Positions 1 to 8,783 of a stretch of DNA of 60,074 nucleotides are shown in pieces. This DNA comes from Actinomycetota bacterium (lineage in GTDB: Bacteria; Actinomycetota; UBA4738; HRBIN12). The notes under the pieces were generated by a model. It was not told where the DNA came from, made no database searches, and saw only the letters and a list, made by a program, of their open reading frames with translations. The translations under genes were made by a program, and so were the position numbers. The stretch covers positions 1-60,074 of the forward strand of contig JBJTIF010000006.1 in the NCBI GenBank assembly GCA_046094825.1. The letters run 5' to 3'. Numbering within the stretch: the stretch's first letter is position 1; every line of letters begins with the position of its first letter.

Positions 1-535
1 CCGCGTACCGGAACGTCTGGTCGGTGTCGATGGTCGCCTCGACGGTGGCGACGGGTTCGCCGGCCTTCACGGCCGCGGTGAGCTTGTGGTCCGGGGCCTC
101 CTCGCCGGCGCCCTCACCGCCGGTGACGCCCCGGTAGAAGGTCGTCACGTACTGCTCGACGACGAGGCCGTCGTCGGCGGCGTCGCGCGACTCCACCTTC
201 ACGACGACGGTGGTGCCGTTCGGCTTCACGTGGACCCCGACGGCTGCGGCCCGGGACCGCAGCGTCATACCCGGGGTGATCGCGCGGTGGAAGCGCATGT
301 CCTGCTCGCCGTGCACGACGAACGCGAGGGCGTCGGGCGGGACGACGTCCATCATCGCGGTGCTCATGGTCCCCCACACCGGGACGACCGCGTAGACCGG
401 CGGTGCCTGCTCGCCGGCGAGGTGCGCAGGGATCGGGTCGTTCGTCGCCGCCGCGTAGGCGATCGTGCCGTCACGGTCGATCGTCGTCTCGACCGGATCG
501 GTCCAGCGGCCGAGGCTCTCGAGGCCGAACTGCAT
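1..535 (-). CDS. MaoC-like / hotdog-fold dehydratase family protein (5' part only; continues past window start)
   Basis: Minus-strand frame is open to the window edge with ATG at 535-533. Hand translation MQFGLESLGRWTDPVETTIDRDGTIAYAAATNDP...ATIDTDQTFRYA resembles N-terminal MaoC-like dehydratase domains. It is absent from the ORF track because no stop lies in the window. Confidence 0.5.
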   Translation of the reverse strand, partial: MQFGLESLGRWTDPVETTIDRDGTIAYAAATNDPIPAHLAGEQAPPVYAVVPVWGTMSTAMMDVVPPDALAFVVHGEQDMRFHRAITPGMTLRSRAAAVGVHVKPNGTTVVVKVESRDAADDGLVVEQYVTTFYRGVTGGEGAGEEAPDHKLTAAVKAGEPVATVEATIDTDQTFRYA

Positions 536-558
536 GTCGTCTCCCTCCGTCGGGTGCG

Positions 559-909
559 TCAGCGACGCGGGTCGGGGTGCACGTTCGTGCGGGCGGTCGG
601 CCGCGCCTCGAGCCGGGCCGGGTCGATCGGCTCCCCGGTCTCCTCGTCGATGCCGTAGGTGCCGGCCTCGATGCGGGCGATGGCCGTCTGGATCTCCGCG
701 AGCTCGGCCTCGAGGCTCTCGAGGATCGTGAGCTCCTTCTCCTTCTCGAAGAGTTCCGACCCTGCGTCGGCGGGGTGCTGGGACCGGGTCGAGAGCTCGG
801 CGTGCTCGCCCTCGACGGCGTCGGCCACCTCCTCCCGCAACTCGGCGATGAGACCCGAGACGCGATCGTTCTCGGCGTCGAGGCGGGCGCGGGCTGCTGC
901 TTCATCCAT
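559..909 (-). CDS. DksA/TraR-family-like protein lacking the C4 zinc ribbon
   Basis: 116-aa ORF. The core HPADAGSELFEKEKELTILESLEAELAEIQTAIARIEAGTYG is typical of actinobacterial TraR/DksA proteins. The expected CxxC...CxxC positions read GIDEETGEPI...ARTNVH, with no Cys in the protein. Confidence 0.7.
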   Translation of the reverse strand: MDEAAARARLDAENDRVSGLIAELREEVADAVEGEHAELSTRSQHPADAGSELFEKEKELTILESLEAELAEIQTAIARIEAGTYGIDEETGEPIDPARLEARPTARTNVHPDPRR

Positions 910-915
910 GGCATA

Positions 916-1563
916 TCAGGCTAGCGAGCCGTCGTCGTCGAGGCGATGCCGCAGCACCACCTCGAGGTCGTCGAGCGCGGCGAGCAGCACCTCGACCCGC
1001 GCCCCGAACGCATCGGTCGCAAGGAGGCGGTGCGCGTCGAGCGGTCCGATCGGCGTCCGCGCCGCCGCAGCCCAGACGGCCGCGACCGGGTCGTCGGGCA
1101 GCGTGGGGGCGAGTTCGACGTCGATGCCGGCGGCGACCGCCGCCGTGAGCACCCGATCGAGCGCGTCGGTGACGCGCCGACGGTCCCGTTCGCCCTCCGG
1201 ACCCGGATCGGGCTCGCTGAGGACCTCCACCACGGCGCTCGGGAAGGCCGTGTCGTCGCGCCATGCCTCGACCCGCAGACGGTGGACCCCGGTCGCGACG
1301 AGCGCGTACCGGCCGTCGGGGAAGCGGCTGGCCTCGACGATGCGGGCCAGGGTGCCCACGGCGAACCGGCGATCACCGCCGCCCACCTCCGACCCGCGCT
1401 CGATGAGCACGACACCGAACTCGCCGTCGCGCGCGAGGCAGTGCTCGACGAGGGCCCGGTACCGCGCCTCGAACACGTGGAGCGGCAGCATCGCCCCCGG
1501 CAGCAGCGCCGTGCCGAGCGGGAACATGGGGAGCCCCTCGATCAGTTCGCCCGGGCTCGCCAT
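916..1563 (-). CDS. LON N-terminal (substrate-binding) domain-containing protein
   Basis: In-frame ATG at 1563 inside a longer Arg-rich ORF (916..2562). The 215-aa product starts MASPGELIEGLPMFPLGTALLPGAMLPLHVFEARYRALV, the signature of the Lon protease N-domain family. Confidence 0.8.
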   Translation of the reverse strand: MASPGELIEGLPMFPLGTALLPGAMLPLHVFEARYRALVEHCLARDGEFGVVLIERGSEVGGGDRRFAVGTLARIVEASRFPDGRYALVATGVHRLRVEAWRDDTAFPSAVVEVLSEPDPGPEGERDRRRVTDALDRVLTAAVAAGIDVELAPTLPDDPVAAVWAAAARTPIGPLDAHRLLATDAFGARVEVLLAALDDLEVVLRHRLDDDGSLA

Positions 1564-2357
1564 CCGTCGGCCTCCGTCGTGACCGCCGCAGCCTCGTCGG
1601 CGGGGAGCGTGGCTGCGAGCGCGTCGAGCGCCCGGGCCGCCTCCGTGTAGCGACCGAACCCGCCGAGCACGTTCGCGCTCCGGCGCCGCTCGGGGCCGGG
1701 CAGGCCCGGGACGACCAGTCGCAGTCGGGCACTCCACACGCCCTCGGCGCTCCGGCGGGCGACGGCGCCCTGCTGGAGGTTGGTGAGCATCCGGGTGACG
1801 ATCTCCACGGGTCCGACCGGTGCGAGGAACGCCGGGTGCCACGGCGCGCCCGCACCGGCCACCGCGCGGAAGCGTGCGCGACACCCCTCCCCGTCGAGGC
1901 GATGCGGGCCGGTGAACGGGTCGAAGAACGCGTCCGGGTGGCGCGCGTCGCGTGCGAGGAAGTGCCCGGGCATCCCGATGCCGAGCACCGGCACGCCGAT
2001 GCGACGGCCGACCTCCATCATGACGACGACGAGGGTGATCGGGATCCCGAGGTGTCGGGCGAGCACGTCGTTCAGGTACGAGTTGCGGGGATCGTCGTAA
2101 CCCGCCGTGTTGCCGAGGAAGCGATCCCCCGCGAAGAGGTGCTCGGCGAGCGCCGCCGCGTCGATCCCCGCGACGTGCAGGTCCGGGTGCCGCGCGACCC
2201 GATCGAGGGCGACGAGTTGCTCGTCGATGTCGAGGCCCGGGTAGGCGTGCGCCGCGATCGCCATTGCGGCGACGTCGAGGCGCATCGCGTCGCCCCGCTC
2301 GACCTCCTCGATGAAGCGCAACGTCGCCGGTGCCGTCTCCCACTCCACGGTCCGCAC
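1542..2357 (-). CDS. SirB1/transglutaminase-like TPR-containing protein (UPF0162-like)
   Basis: 271-aa ORF with normal amino-acid composition. GIPITLVVVMMEVGRRIGVPVLGIGMPGHFL matches the transglutaminase-like core of SirB1-type proteins. It overlaps the downstream Lon-N gene by 22 nt, a commonly seen gene pair. Confidence 0.65.
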   Translation of the reverse strand: MRTVEWETAPATLRFIEEVERGDAMRLDVAAMAIAAHAYPGLDIDEQLVALDRVARHPDLHVAGIDAAALAEHLFAGDRFLGNTAGYDDPRNSYLNDVLARHLGIPITLVVVMMEVGRRIGVPVLGIGMPGHFLARDARHPDAFFDPFTGPHRLDGEGCRARFRAVAGAGAPWHPAFLAPVGPVEIVTRMLTNLQQGAVARRSAEGVWSARLRLVVPGLPGPERRRSANVLGGFGRYTEAARALDALAATLPADEAAAVTTEADGWRARAN

Positions 2358-2383
2358 GGTAGTGGCACGCGTACACTCGCCGG

Positions 2384-2818
2384 GTGCCCACCGAGCCCCG
2401 CGACGCAGCCATCGCCCGCCTGCGCGCGGCCGGCCAGCGCGTCACGAAGGGCCGCGAAGCGCTCATCGAGGTCCTCGCCGGGACGGACCACCCGCTCACG
2501 CTGCCCGAGATCCTCGCGGTGCGACCAGCGCTGGCGCAGTCGAGCGCGTACCGCAACCTCACGGCGCTCGAGCAGGCCGACGTCGTCCGCCGGATCAGCG
2601 GCGCCGACGAGTTCGCGCGCTACGAGCTCGCCGAGGATCTCACCGAGCATCACCACCACATCATCTGCGGACGGTGCGGCCGGGTCGTCGACGTCGGCGC
2701 GCCCGCGGGTCTCGAGGCCGCCGTCGCGCGTGCGGTGCGGGAGATCGAGCGTGCGCACGGGTTCGCCGTGCGCCACCACCGGGTCGACCTCGTCGGCGTC
2801 TGCGCCGACTGCCGCTAG
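2384..2818 (+). CDS. Fur-family metalloregulator (Zur-like)
   Basis: 144 aa with a winged-helix N-terminus, an HHHHIICGRCG motif and a C-terminal CADC second CxxC pair, as in Fur/Zur proteins. A znuA/znuCB locus lies 3.3 kb downstream. Confidence 0.8.
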   Translation: MPTEPRDAAIARLRAAGQRVTKGREALIEVLAGTDHPLTLPEILAVRPALAQSSAYRNLTALEQADVVRRISGADEFARYELAEDLTEHHHHIICGRCGRVVDVGAPAGLEAAVARAVREIERAHGFAVRHHRVDLVGVCADCR

Positions 2819-4602
2819 CGGATCGTCACGGTCGCGGTCGCCGTCTCCTCGGTGATCGGATCGGTGAGGATCTTGAGGGTCATCCGCCAGTCGCCCGCCA
2901 CGGGGAGCGCGAGGCCGGACGAGAGGTAGTGGTCGACGCCCGCCCGACGGAGCGGCACGTCGATCGGGTCGATGCCCTCGGCGGGGAGTTCGAACTCGAC
3001 GCTCACGTTGAGGGCACCGGCGGTCCGGCCGGTGCGCTGCGAGAGCGTGAGGTGGACCTCGTTGGGGCCGACCCGGGCCGGGGTCACGACGACGTCGGCG
3101 AGGATCGGGCCGGCGTCGAGCGTCGCCGAGTACGGCGCGGCCCCGACCGCGCCCGAGGGTGCGGTGTCGACGAGGAGTGCCGTCACGCCGAGCACGACGG
3201 TGAGCAGCACGACCTCGACGACGACCGAGCGGAGCAGGCGGCGGCGTGCCGAGTCCGCCGGGAGGACGTACCGCAGCGCATCGACCCCGTCGTCGTTCGG
3301 CACGAGGGAGTGCCCACGTCGGCTCGGCACCGGTTCACCCGCCGCGATGCGCTCGGCCCGCTCGCGATCGGCCGCCTCGAGTTCCTCGGCGTCGAGCGCC
3401 CACCGCCGGTGGACCGCGTCCCGGGCGACCGTGGCGACGAGGAGCGCCACGAGCACGAGCCCGACCTTGATCGCCAGCAACCGGCCGTACTCCGTGTCGA
3501 GCACCCCGGCCAGACCTCCGAGCTCGCGCCACCCGCGCGACACGCCGGTGAGCACCACGGCGAGCACGGCGAGCGTCGCGACCCGCGACCAGGTCGGCAT
3601 CACCGCGAGGGCGTCCTCGGCATCGGCCCGGGTGACGAGGAGCACGAGGAGGGTGAGCCCACCGAGCCACACCCCCATCGCCAGGACGTGGAGCGTGTCA
3701 ACGAGGATCGCGACGCCGTTGAGCGGGCCGACCCCCGCGTGGCCGCCCAGGCCCGGCGTCGCCGCGATGCCGACGAGCGCGGCGAGCGTGAGCCCGGTCG
3801 ACCAGCCCGGGCGCGGCTCGCGCCGGACGGTGAGCAGCACGGGGAGGAGGGCCAGGACGAGCCCGACGCGCACGAGCAGCACCGCACCGAGGCGGGTGCC
3901 GGCGACGTCGACCCAGAGCGACGGTCGGAACGCGTCGGCGAGACCCAGCCCGCCCGCGTACGGACCCTGCACGAGGAACGACAGCAGGGTGCCCGCGAGC
4001 AGCACGCCCCACGCGGTCCACAGGACGCGCCGGACTCGATCGAGCGCGAGCGCGCTGCGCCAGACGAAGGTGGCGCCGACGAGCAGGCCGATGACGAGGG
4101 CCATCGCGGCGAACACCAGGAACCGCAGCACCGTGTAGGTCGCGTCGACCGCGCCGTCGGAGGTGCCGCCCGCGAGGTAGTCGCCGGCGATGCGGTCCGC
4201 TGCGGCGCCCGCCGTCGCCGCCCCGACCGAGAAGGTGAACGCACCCCGGACCGGGTGCGAGTCGCCGGAGAGCACGCGCCAGGTGACGACGTAGGTGCCG
4301 TCGTCGAGGTCGGGGAGGGTTGCACGCACGACCGACGGCCGCCCGGGCACGGTCGCCGGCTCCCCCGTGCGGACGGTCTCGCCCCCGGCGGCGATCACCC
4401 GCACCCCACCGAGACCGATCGAGACCTCCTCGGTGAACCGGAGCTCCACGGCGGGCGGGGAGGTCGGCACGATGGCGCCGGCGGACGGGGCGGTGGTCTC
4501 GAGCGCGGCGTGGGCGAACGCCGGACCCGCGCCGAGCGCGAGCGCGAGCGAAGCCATCGACGCGACTGCGGCGATCCGGCGGAACCGTCCCCTCACCCCC
4601 AT
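2815..4602 (-). CDS. Copper resistance CopC-CopD fusion protein (YcnJ-like)
   Basis: ATG at 4602 within ORF 2815..5127. The signal peptide ends AFA|HAALE, then a CopC fold (DGTYVVTWRVLSGDSHPVRGAFTFSV). A multi-TM CopD region follows and then a C-terminal extracytoplasmic domain. Confidence 0.85.
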   Translation of the reverse strand: MGVRGRFRRIAAVASMASLALALGAGPAFAHAALETTAPSAGAIVPTSPPAVELRFTEEVSIGLGGVRVIAAGGETVRTGEPATVPGRPSVVRATLPDLDDGTYVVTWRVLSGDSHPVRGAFTFSVGAATAGAAADRIAGDYLAGGTSDGAVDATYTVLRFLVFAAMALVIGLLVGATFVWRSALALDRVRRVLWTAWGVLLAGTLLSFLVQGPYAGGLGLADAFRPSLWVDVAGTRLGAVLLVRVGLVLALLPVLLTVRREPRPGWSTGLTLAALVGIAATPGLGGHAGVGPLNGVAILVDTLHVLAMGVWLGGLTLLVLLVTRADAEDALAVMPTWSRVATLAVLAVVLTGVSRGWRELGGLAGVLDTEYGRLLAIKVGLVLVALLVATVARDAVHRRWALDAEELEAADRERAERIAAGEPVPSRRGHSLVPNDDGVDALRYVLPADSARRRLLRSVVVEVVLLTVVLGVTALLVDTAPSGAVGAAPYSATLDAGPILADVVVTPARVGPNEVHLTLSQRTGRTAGALNVSVEFELPAEGIDPIDVPLRRAGVDHYLSSGLALPVAGDWRMTLKILTDPITEETATATVTIR

Positions 4603-4662
4603 GAGCGGCCATTCTGCCCGCGCCGGGGAGTCGCCGATGGTCGCCGGTACGATCCGGACACT

Positions 4663-5721
4663 GTGGCCCGTTCCCCCCGCCGTCAATGCGCCCGCGGCAC
4701 GGCGGTGCGCCGCACCGCCGCCCTCGTCCTCGCGTGCGTTGCGTCGCTCGGTGTCGCCGCGGTGACCGCCGACCCGGCGGCCGCGCACGGGCTGGGTGCA
4801 CCGTCCCCGACCGATGAGGTCGTCACCGTCGACGGGCTCCGGCCGCCGGTACCCGGTGTGACCGTGCGCGTTGTCGACCTCGGGGCGCGCATCGAGCTCA
4901 CGAACCGCCGGACGTCGACGATCACCGTGCTCGGGTACGGGGGCGAGCCGTACCTGCGGATCGACCGGCGGGGCGTGTGGGAGAACCGTCGGTCGCCGGC
5001 CACGTTCCTCAACCGATCGGCCACCCCGGAGGGGACGCCACCGGCCGACCTCGACGCCGACGTGCCGCCCGAGTGGGAGCGCACCTCGACCTCGCCCACC
5101 GCTCGGTGGCACGACCACCGCGCCCACTGGATGGGTCGGGGCGCGGTGCGGGACGAACCGTGGGCGATCCCGTTACGGGTCGACGGGGCGGACGCGCGCA
5201 TCGTCGGGACCCTCGACACCCGGCCTGCTCCGTCGCCGCTGCCCTGGATCGGACTCGCCGCGGGGCTCGCGCTCACGCTCGGCCTGCTCGCCGGGACCCG
5301 CCGCTGGCCCACCGCGCTCGCCGTCGGCCTCGTGGTGGTGATCGTGAGCGAGGCCGTCCACACGGCGGGGGCCTGGGGAATCTCGTCGGCGGGACTCGGC
5401 GGACGCGCGTTCGGCGCCGCACCCTCGCTCATCGCCATCCTGCTCGCGGTCCTCGCGCTGATCCGCCTCCTGACGCATCGCGACCGCCCCGACGCCGCGA
5501 CCCCGTTCGTCCTGCTCGCCGGCCTCTTCATCGCGATCGCCGGCGGCGTCGCCGACCTCGGCTCGCTCACCCACGCCGTGGTGCCGAGCGATCTCGATCC
5601 GAGCGTGACCCGGCTCACGATCGCCGTCGCGCTCGGCGGCGGGATCGGGCTCGCGGTCGGCGCGGCGCGCCACCTCCGCCCGACCGTCGCAGCACCCGGT
5701 CCCGTTCCCGTGGGAGGCTGA
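4663..5721 (+). CDS. Hypothetical secreted-domain + multi-TM membrane protein (possible metal-binding)
   Basis: C-terminal third of the 1136-aa ORF 2311..5721. The in-frame GTG at 4663 (alternative GTG at 4705) gives a signal-like VRRTAALVLACVASLGVAAVTADPAAA|HG. This is followed by a soluble domain with WHDHRAHWMG and about five hydrophobic helices. It is divergent from copCD. Confidence 0.6.
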   Translation: MARSPRRQCARGTAVRRTAALVLACVASLGVAAVTADPAAAHGLGAPSPTDEVVTVDGLRPPVPGVTVRVVDLGARIELTNRRTSTITVLGYGGEPYLRIDRRGVWENRRSPATFLNRSATPEGTPPADLDADVPPEWERTSTSPTARWHDHRAHWMGRGAVRDEPWAIPLRVDGADARIVGTLDTRPAPSPLPWIGLAAGLALTLGLLAGTRRWPTALAVGLVVVIVSEAVHTAGAWGISSAGLGGRAFGAAPSLIAILLAVLALIRLLTHRDRPDAATPFVLLAGLFIAIAGGVADLGSLTHAVVPSDLDPSVTRLTIAVALGGGIGLAVGAARHLRPTVAAPGPVPVGG

Positions 5722-5727
5722 CCCACC

Positions 5728-6150
5728 GTGGCCACCATCTTCACCCGCATCATCGAGGGCGAGCTCCCCGGTCGGTTCGTGTGGCGGGACGACCGGTGCG
5801 TCGTGTTCCTCTCGATCAATCCGTTGCGGACGGGTCACGCGCTCGTCGTCCCGCGCGCCGAGGTCGACCACTGGGTCGATCTCGACCCCGCGACGAACGC
5901 GCACCTGATGGCGGTCGCCCAGGAGATCGCCCGCGCCCAGATGGACGCCTTCGCGCCGGCCCGCGTCGGCCTCATGATCGCCGGGCTCGAGGTGCCCCAC
6001 GTGCACCTGCACGTCGTGCCCATAGACGGCGTGCACGACCTCGACTTCGACAACGCCGAGCGCGAACCCGATCCCGCCGCACTGGATGCGGCGGCCGCGG
6101 CCATCCGCGACGCGCTGGCGGCCCGCGGCGCCCGCGGCGTCAGCGACTAG
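5728..6150 (+). CDS. HIT (histidine triad) family protein
   Basis: 140 aa with the HIT motif HVHLHVVP and the N-terminal IFTRIIEGELPGRFV typical of Hint-like proteins. Confidence 0.9.
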   Translation: MATIFTRIIEGELPGRFVWRDDRCVVFLSINPLRTGHALVVPRAEVDHWVDLDPATNAHLMAVAQEIARAQMDAFAPARVGLMIAGLEVPHVHLHVVPIDGVHDLDFDNAEREPDPAALDAAAAAIRDALAARGARGVSD

Positions 6151-7043
6151 TCACACCCGAGCGCCTCCCGCAGGCGCGTGAGGTTCCGCCGCATGAGGGA
6201 CTCGTAGTCCGCACCCGCCCGGCGCTGGGCCGGGGTCAACGACTCGATGGTGCTGAGGACCTCGGTGCGGACGCCGGCGTCCCGGGCGAGCACCTCGGCC
6301 ACGCGCGGGGACACCAACTCCTCGGTGAACACGGTCGTGATCCCCTCGGCGCGGACGAGCCGGGCCAGCGACGCGAGCCGACGCGGCTCCGGCTCCTCCT
6401 CCGGGGACAGCCCGGCGATCGATTCGACGCGCAGGTCGTAGCGCGCCGCAAGGCGTCCGAACGCGTCGTGGGCCGTGACGAGCGTGCGTCGATCGCACTG
6501 GGCGAGGCCGACGCGGTACTCGGCATCGAGCGAGCGCAGGCGGTCGAGCGCGCGCCGCGAACCCCGGCGGACCGAGGCCGCGTCGACACCGTCCACGTCG
6601 AGGAGCGCGTCACGGGTCGCCCGCACCACCGCACCCATCGTCACGGGATCGAGCCAGACGTGCGGATCGTCGCCCTCGATGCCCGGCACCTCGACCGCGA
6701 CGAGCGTCGGACCGTCACGTCGAGCCGCGGCATACTCGAGCGCGGGCTGGAACGCGCCGCCGGCGACGACCCCGAGGTCGGCGTCGAGCAGGGCGTCGGC
6801 GACGTCCGCGGTGACCTCGAGATCGTGCGGTTCGGTGCCCGGCGGCGTGAGGTCGTCGACGCGCACCGCGCCACCCCCGACCCAGCGGGCCGCCTCGGCG
6901 AAGGGGTAGGCCGCAGCGGCCACCCGGACGCCGTCGGCATCGGGCGAGGACGACCCCGGGGAGCAGGCCCCGAGCAGGCCGACGGCGATCGCCGCGGCGA
7001 GGGCGGCGGCGAGGACACGATCGCGGTGCTGGGCATTCCACAT
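6147..7043 (-). CDS. znuA: Metal (Zn-type) ABC transporter substrate-binding lipoprotein, ZnuA/TroA-like
   Basis: The lipobox LLGAC follows MWNAQHRDRVLAAALAAAIAVG (ATG at 7043; an upstream GTG at 7061 is also possible). Cluster A-I SBP ligand motifs are present: EPHDLEV, DPHVWLDP, AHDAFGRL. Confidence 0.8.
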   Translation of the reverse strand: MWNAQHRDRVLAAALAAAIAVGLLGACSPGSSSPDADGVRVAAAAYPFAEAARWVGGGAVRVDDLTPPGTEPHDLEVTADVADALLDADLGVVAGGAFQPALEYAAARRDGPTLVAVEVPGIEGDDPHVWLDPVTMGAVVRATRDALLDVDGVDAASVRRGSRRALDRLRSLDAEYRVGLAQCDRRTLVTAHDAFGRLAARYDLRVESIAGLSPEEEPEPRRLASLARLVRAEGITTVFTEELVSPRVAEVLARDAGVRTEVLSTIESLTPAQRRAGADYESLMRRNLTRLREALGCD

Positions 7044-7131
7044 GGGAATGGATCTTAACACGGACCATCGGTAAGATGGGAACGAGTCTCAGGAGGACCC
7101 CATCCCCGATCCGCTCCTCTCTGCCACCGAC

Positions 7132-7851
7132 GTGTCCCTCGGCTTCGGGCACGGCCCGATCCTCGACCGGGTCTCGGCCCGGGTCGACCGGGGTGAGTTC
7201 GTCGCGCTCGTCGGCCCGAACGGCAGCGGGAAGTCCACCCTGCTTCGGGTGCTGCTCGGCCTGCTCACCCCCGACGCCGGCGAGGTCTCGCTGCTCGGGG
7301 ACCGGCCCGGCTCCCTCGCCGACCCGGCCCGGCTCGGGTACGTGCCCCAACGCGGGCGGTTCGCACCGGACCTGCCCGCGACGGTCGCCGAGGTCGTCGC
7401 GACCGGTCGGCTGCGCCGCCGCGGCTGGTGGCGCGCACCCCGGGCCGCCGACCGCGCCGCGATCGACCACGCGATCGACGCCGTCGCGCTCGGACCCTGG
7501 CGGGATCGGCGGGTCGGCGAGCTCTCGGGTGGTCAGCAGCAGCGGGTGATGATCGCCAAGGCACTCGCGAGCGATCCGGAACTCCTCGTGCTCGACGAGC
7601 CGGTCGCCGGGGTCGACGCGGAGTCCCAGCGGCTCTTCCGCGACTCCCTCGTGCACCTCATCGAGGCGCACGACGGTGCGGTGCTGCTCGTCTCCCACGA
7701 ACTCGGCGCGGTGGCCGACGACCTCGACCGGGTGATCGTGCTCAAGCACCACGTGGTGTTCGACGGTCCGCCCCAGGAACTGCGGTCCCGCGGCGTCAGC
7801 CTCGGGGTCCATGCCGACGACCTCCCGCTCTGGCTCGAGGGTCTCGACTGA
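7132..7851 (+). CDS. znuC: Metal ABC transporter ATP-binding protein, ZnuC-like
   Basis: Walker A GPNGSGKST, signature LSGGQQQR and Walker B LLVLDEP. The start is uncertain: GTG at 7132 is the only canonical option, but the AGGAGG at 7091-7096 is better spaced for the in-frame ATC at 7102. Confidence 0.85.
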   Translation: MSLGFGHGPILDRVSARVDRGEFVALVGPNGSGKSTLLRVLLGLLTPDAGEVSLLGDRPGSLADPARLGYVPQRGRFAPDLPATVAEVVATGRLRRRGWWRAPRAADRAAIDHAIDAVALGPWRDRRVGELSGGQQQRVMIAKALASDPELLVLDEPVAGVDAESQRLFRDSLVHLIEAHDGAVLLVSHELGAVADDLDRVIVLKHHVVFDGPPQELRSRGVSLGVHADDLPLWLEGLD

Positions 7852-8696
7852 TGGCCCTGCCGCTGCCCTGGCCGTTCGAGCGCGAGTACATGCAACTCGC
7901 CCTCGTCGGTGGGCTCGTCGTCGGCGCGTGCGCACCGCTGGTCGGCGGCTTCCTCGTGCAACGCCGCATGTCGTTGCTGGGCGACGGCATCGGCCACGTC
8001 GCGTTCGCCGGCGTCGCCGCGGGTCTGCTCCTCGGCGTGTGGCCGGTGTGGACGGCCCTCGTGGCGGCGGTGCTCGCCGCGCTCGGCATCGAGTGGCTCC
8101 GCTCCCGGGGCCGGACCTCCGGCGACCTCGCGCTCGCCGTATTCTTCTACGGCGGCATCGCCGGCGGCGCGGTGATCGCGAGTCGCGCGGCGGCCGTCGG
8201 GCGGCCGGCCAACGTCCTGCCCTTCCTCTTCGGCTCCATCCTCACCGTCACCACCGGGGACACGATCGCGGTGGCGATCATCGGGTTCGTCATCGTCGCC
8301 ACGATCACGGTCTGCGGACGTGCGCTGCTCGCGGTGGTCGTCGACGAGGAGACCGCGAGGGTCGCGGGTCTCCCCGTCGACGCGCTCAACGCCGCCCTCG
8401 CCGTGCTCACCGCGGTGACCGTCGTCGCCGCGATGCGGGTCGTCGGTCTCCTGCTCGTGGCGGCGCTGCTCGTGCTCCCGATCGCGACGGCCCGGCTGCT
8501 CGCCCGGTCGTTCCGATCCACGATGCTCGTCGCGGTCGGCGTCGGGGTGCTCGCGGTGATCGTCGGCCTCGGTGCCGCCCGCGCGTGGGGCCTCGCGCCG
8601 GGCGGCACGATCGTGCTCGTGACGATCGCGGCGTTCGCCGTGACCTCGGTCGCGCGTCCCGCCCACGCCGCACCAGCGAGCCCGCACGACCACTGA
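7851..8696 (+). CDS. znuB: Metal ABC transporter permease, ZnuB-like
   Basis: ATG at 7851 overlaps the znuC TGA (ctgATG). The product is polytopic and hydrophobic, with MSLLGDGIGHVAFAG and ARVAG-containing regions typical of ABC-3 permeases. Confidence 0.85.
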   Translation: MALPLPWPFEREYMQLALVGGLVVGACAPLVGGFLVQRRMSLLGDGIGHVAFAGVAAGLLLGVWPVWTALVAAVLAALGIEWLRSRGRTSGDLALAVFFYGGIAGGAVIASRAAAVGRPANVLPFLFGSILTVTTGDTIAVAIIGFVIVATITVCGRALLAVVVDEETARVAGLPVDALNAALAVLTAVTVVAAMRVVGLLLVAALLVLPIATARLLARSFRSTMLVAVGVGVLAVIVGLGAARAWGLAPGGTIVLVTIAAFAVTSVARPAHAAPASPHDH

Positions 8697-8783
8697 CCCG
8701 CTGCGGGTCATCCGTTCGCGCCGGGCCCTCGCACCCCGGGGCTACGGTCACGCGCACCGCGCCCGGAACCCACGGAGGTCGTC

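Noticed and set aside
2311-4662. N-terminal two thirds of the 1136-aa plus-strand ORF 2311..5721
   Set aside because: It is antisense to or out of frame with the well-supported fur and copCD genes. The translation is Arg/Pro/Gly/Asp-rich low complexity, typical of shadow ORFs in GC-rich DNA. Only the part from about 4663 looks like a real protein.
8697-8783. Possible terminator hairpin or regulatory RNA between znuB and the DUF421 gene
   Set aside because: The best stem I found is 5 bp (ccggg...cccgg) without a U-tract, which is too weak.
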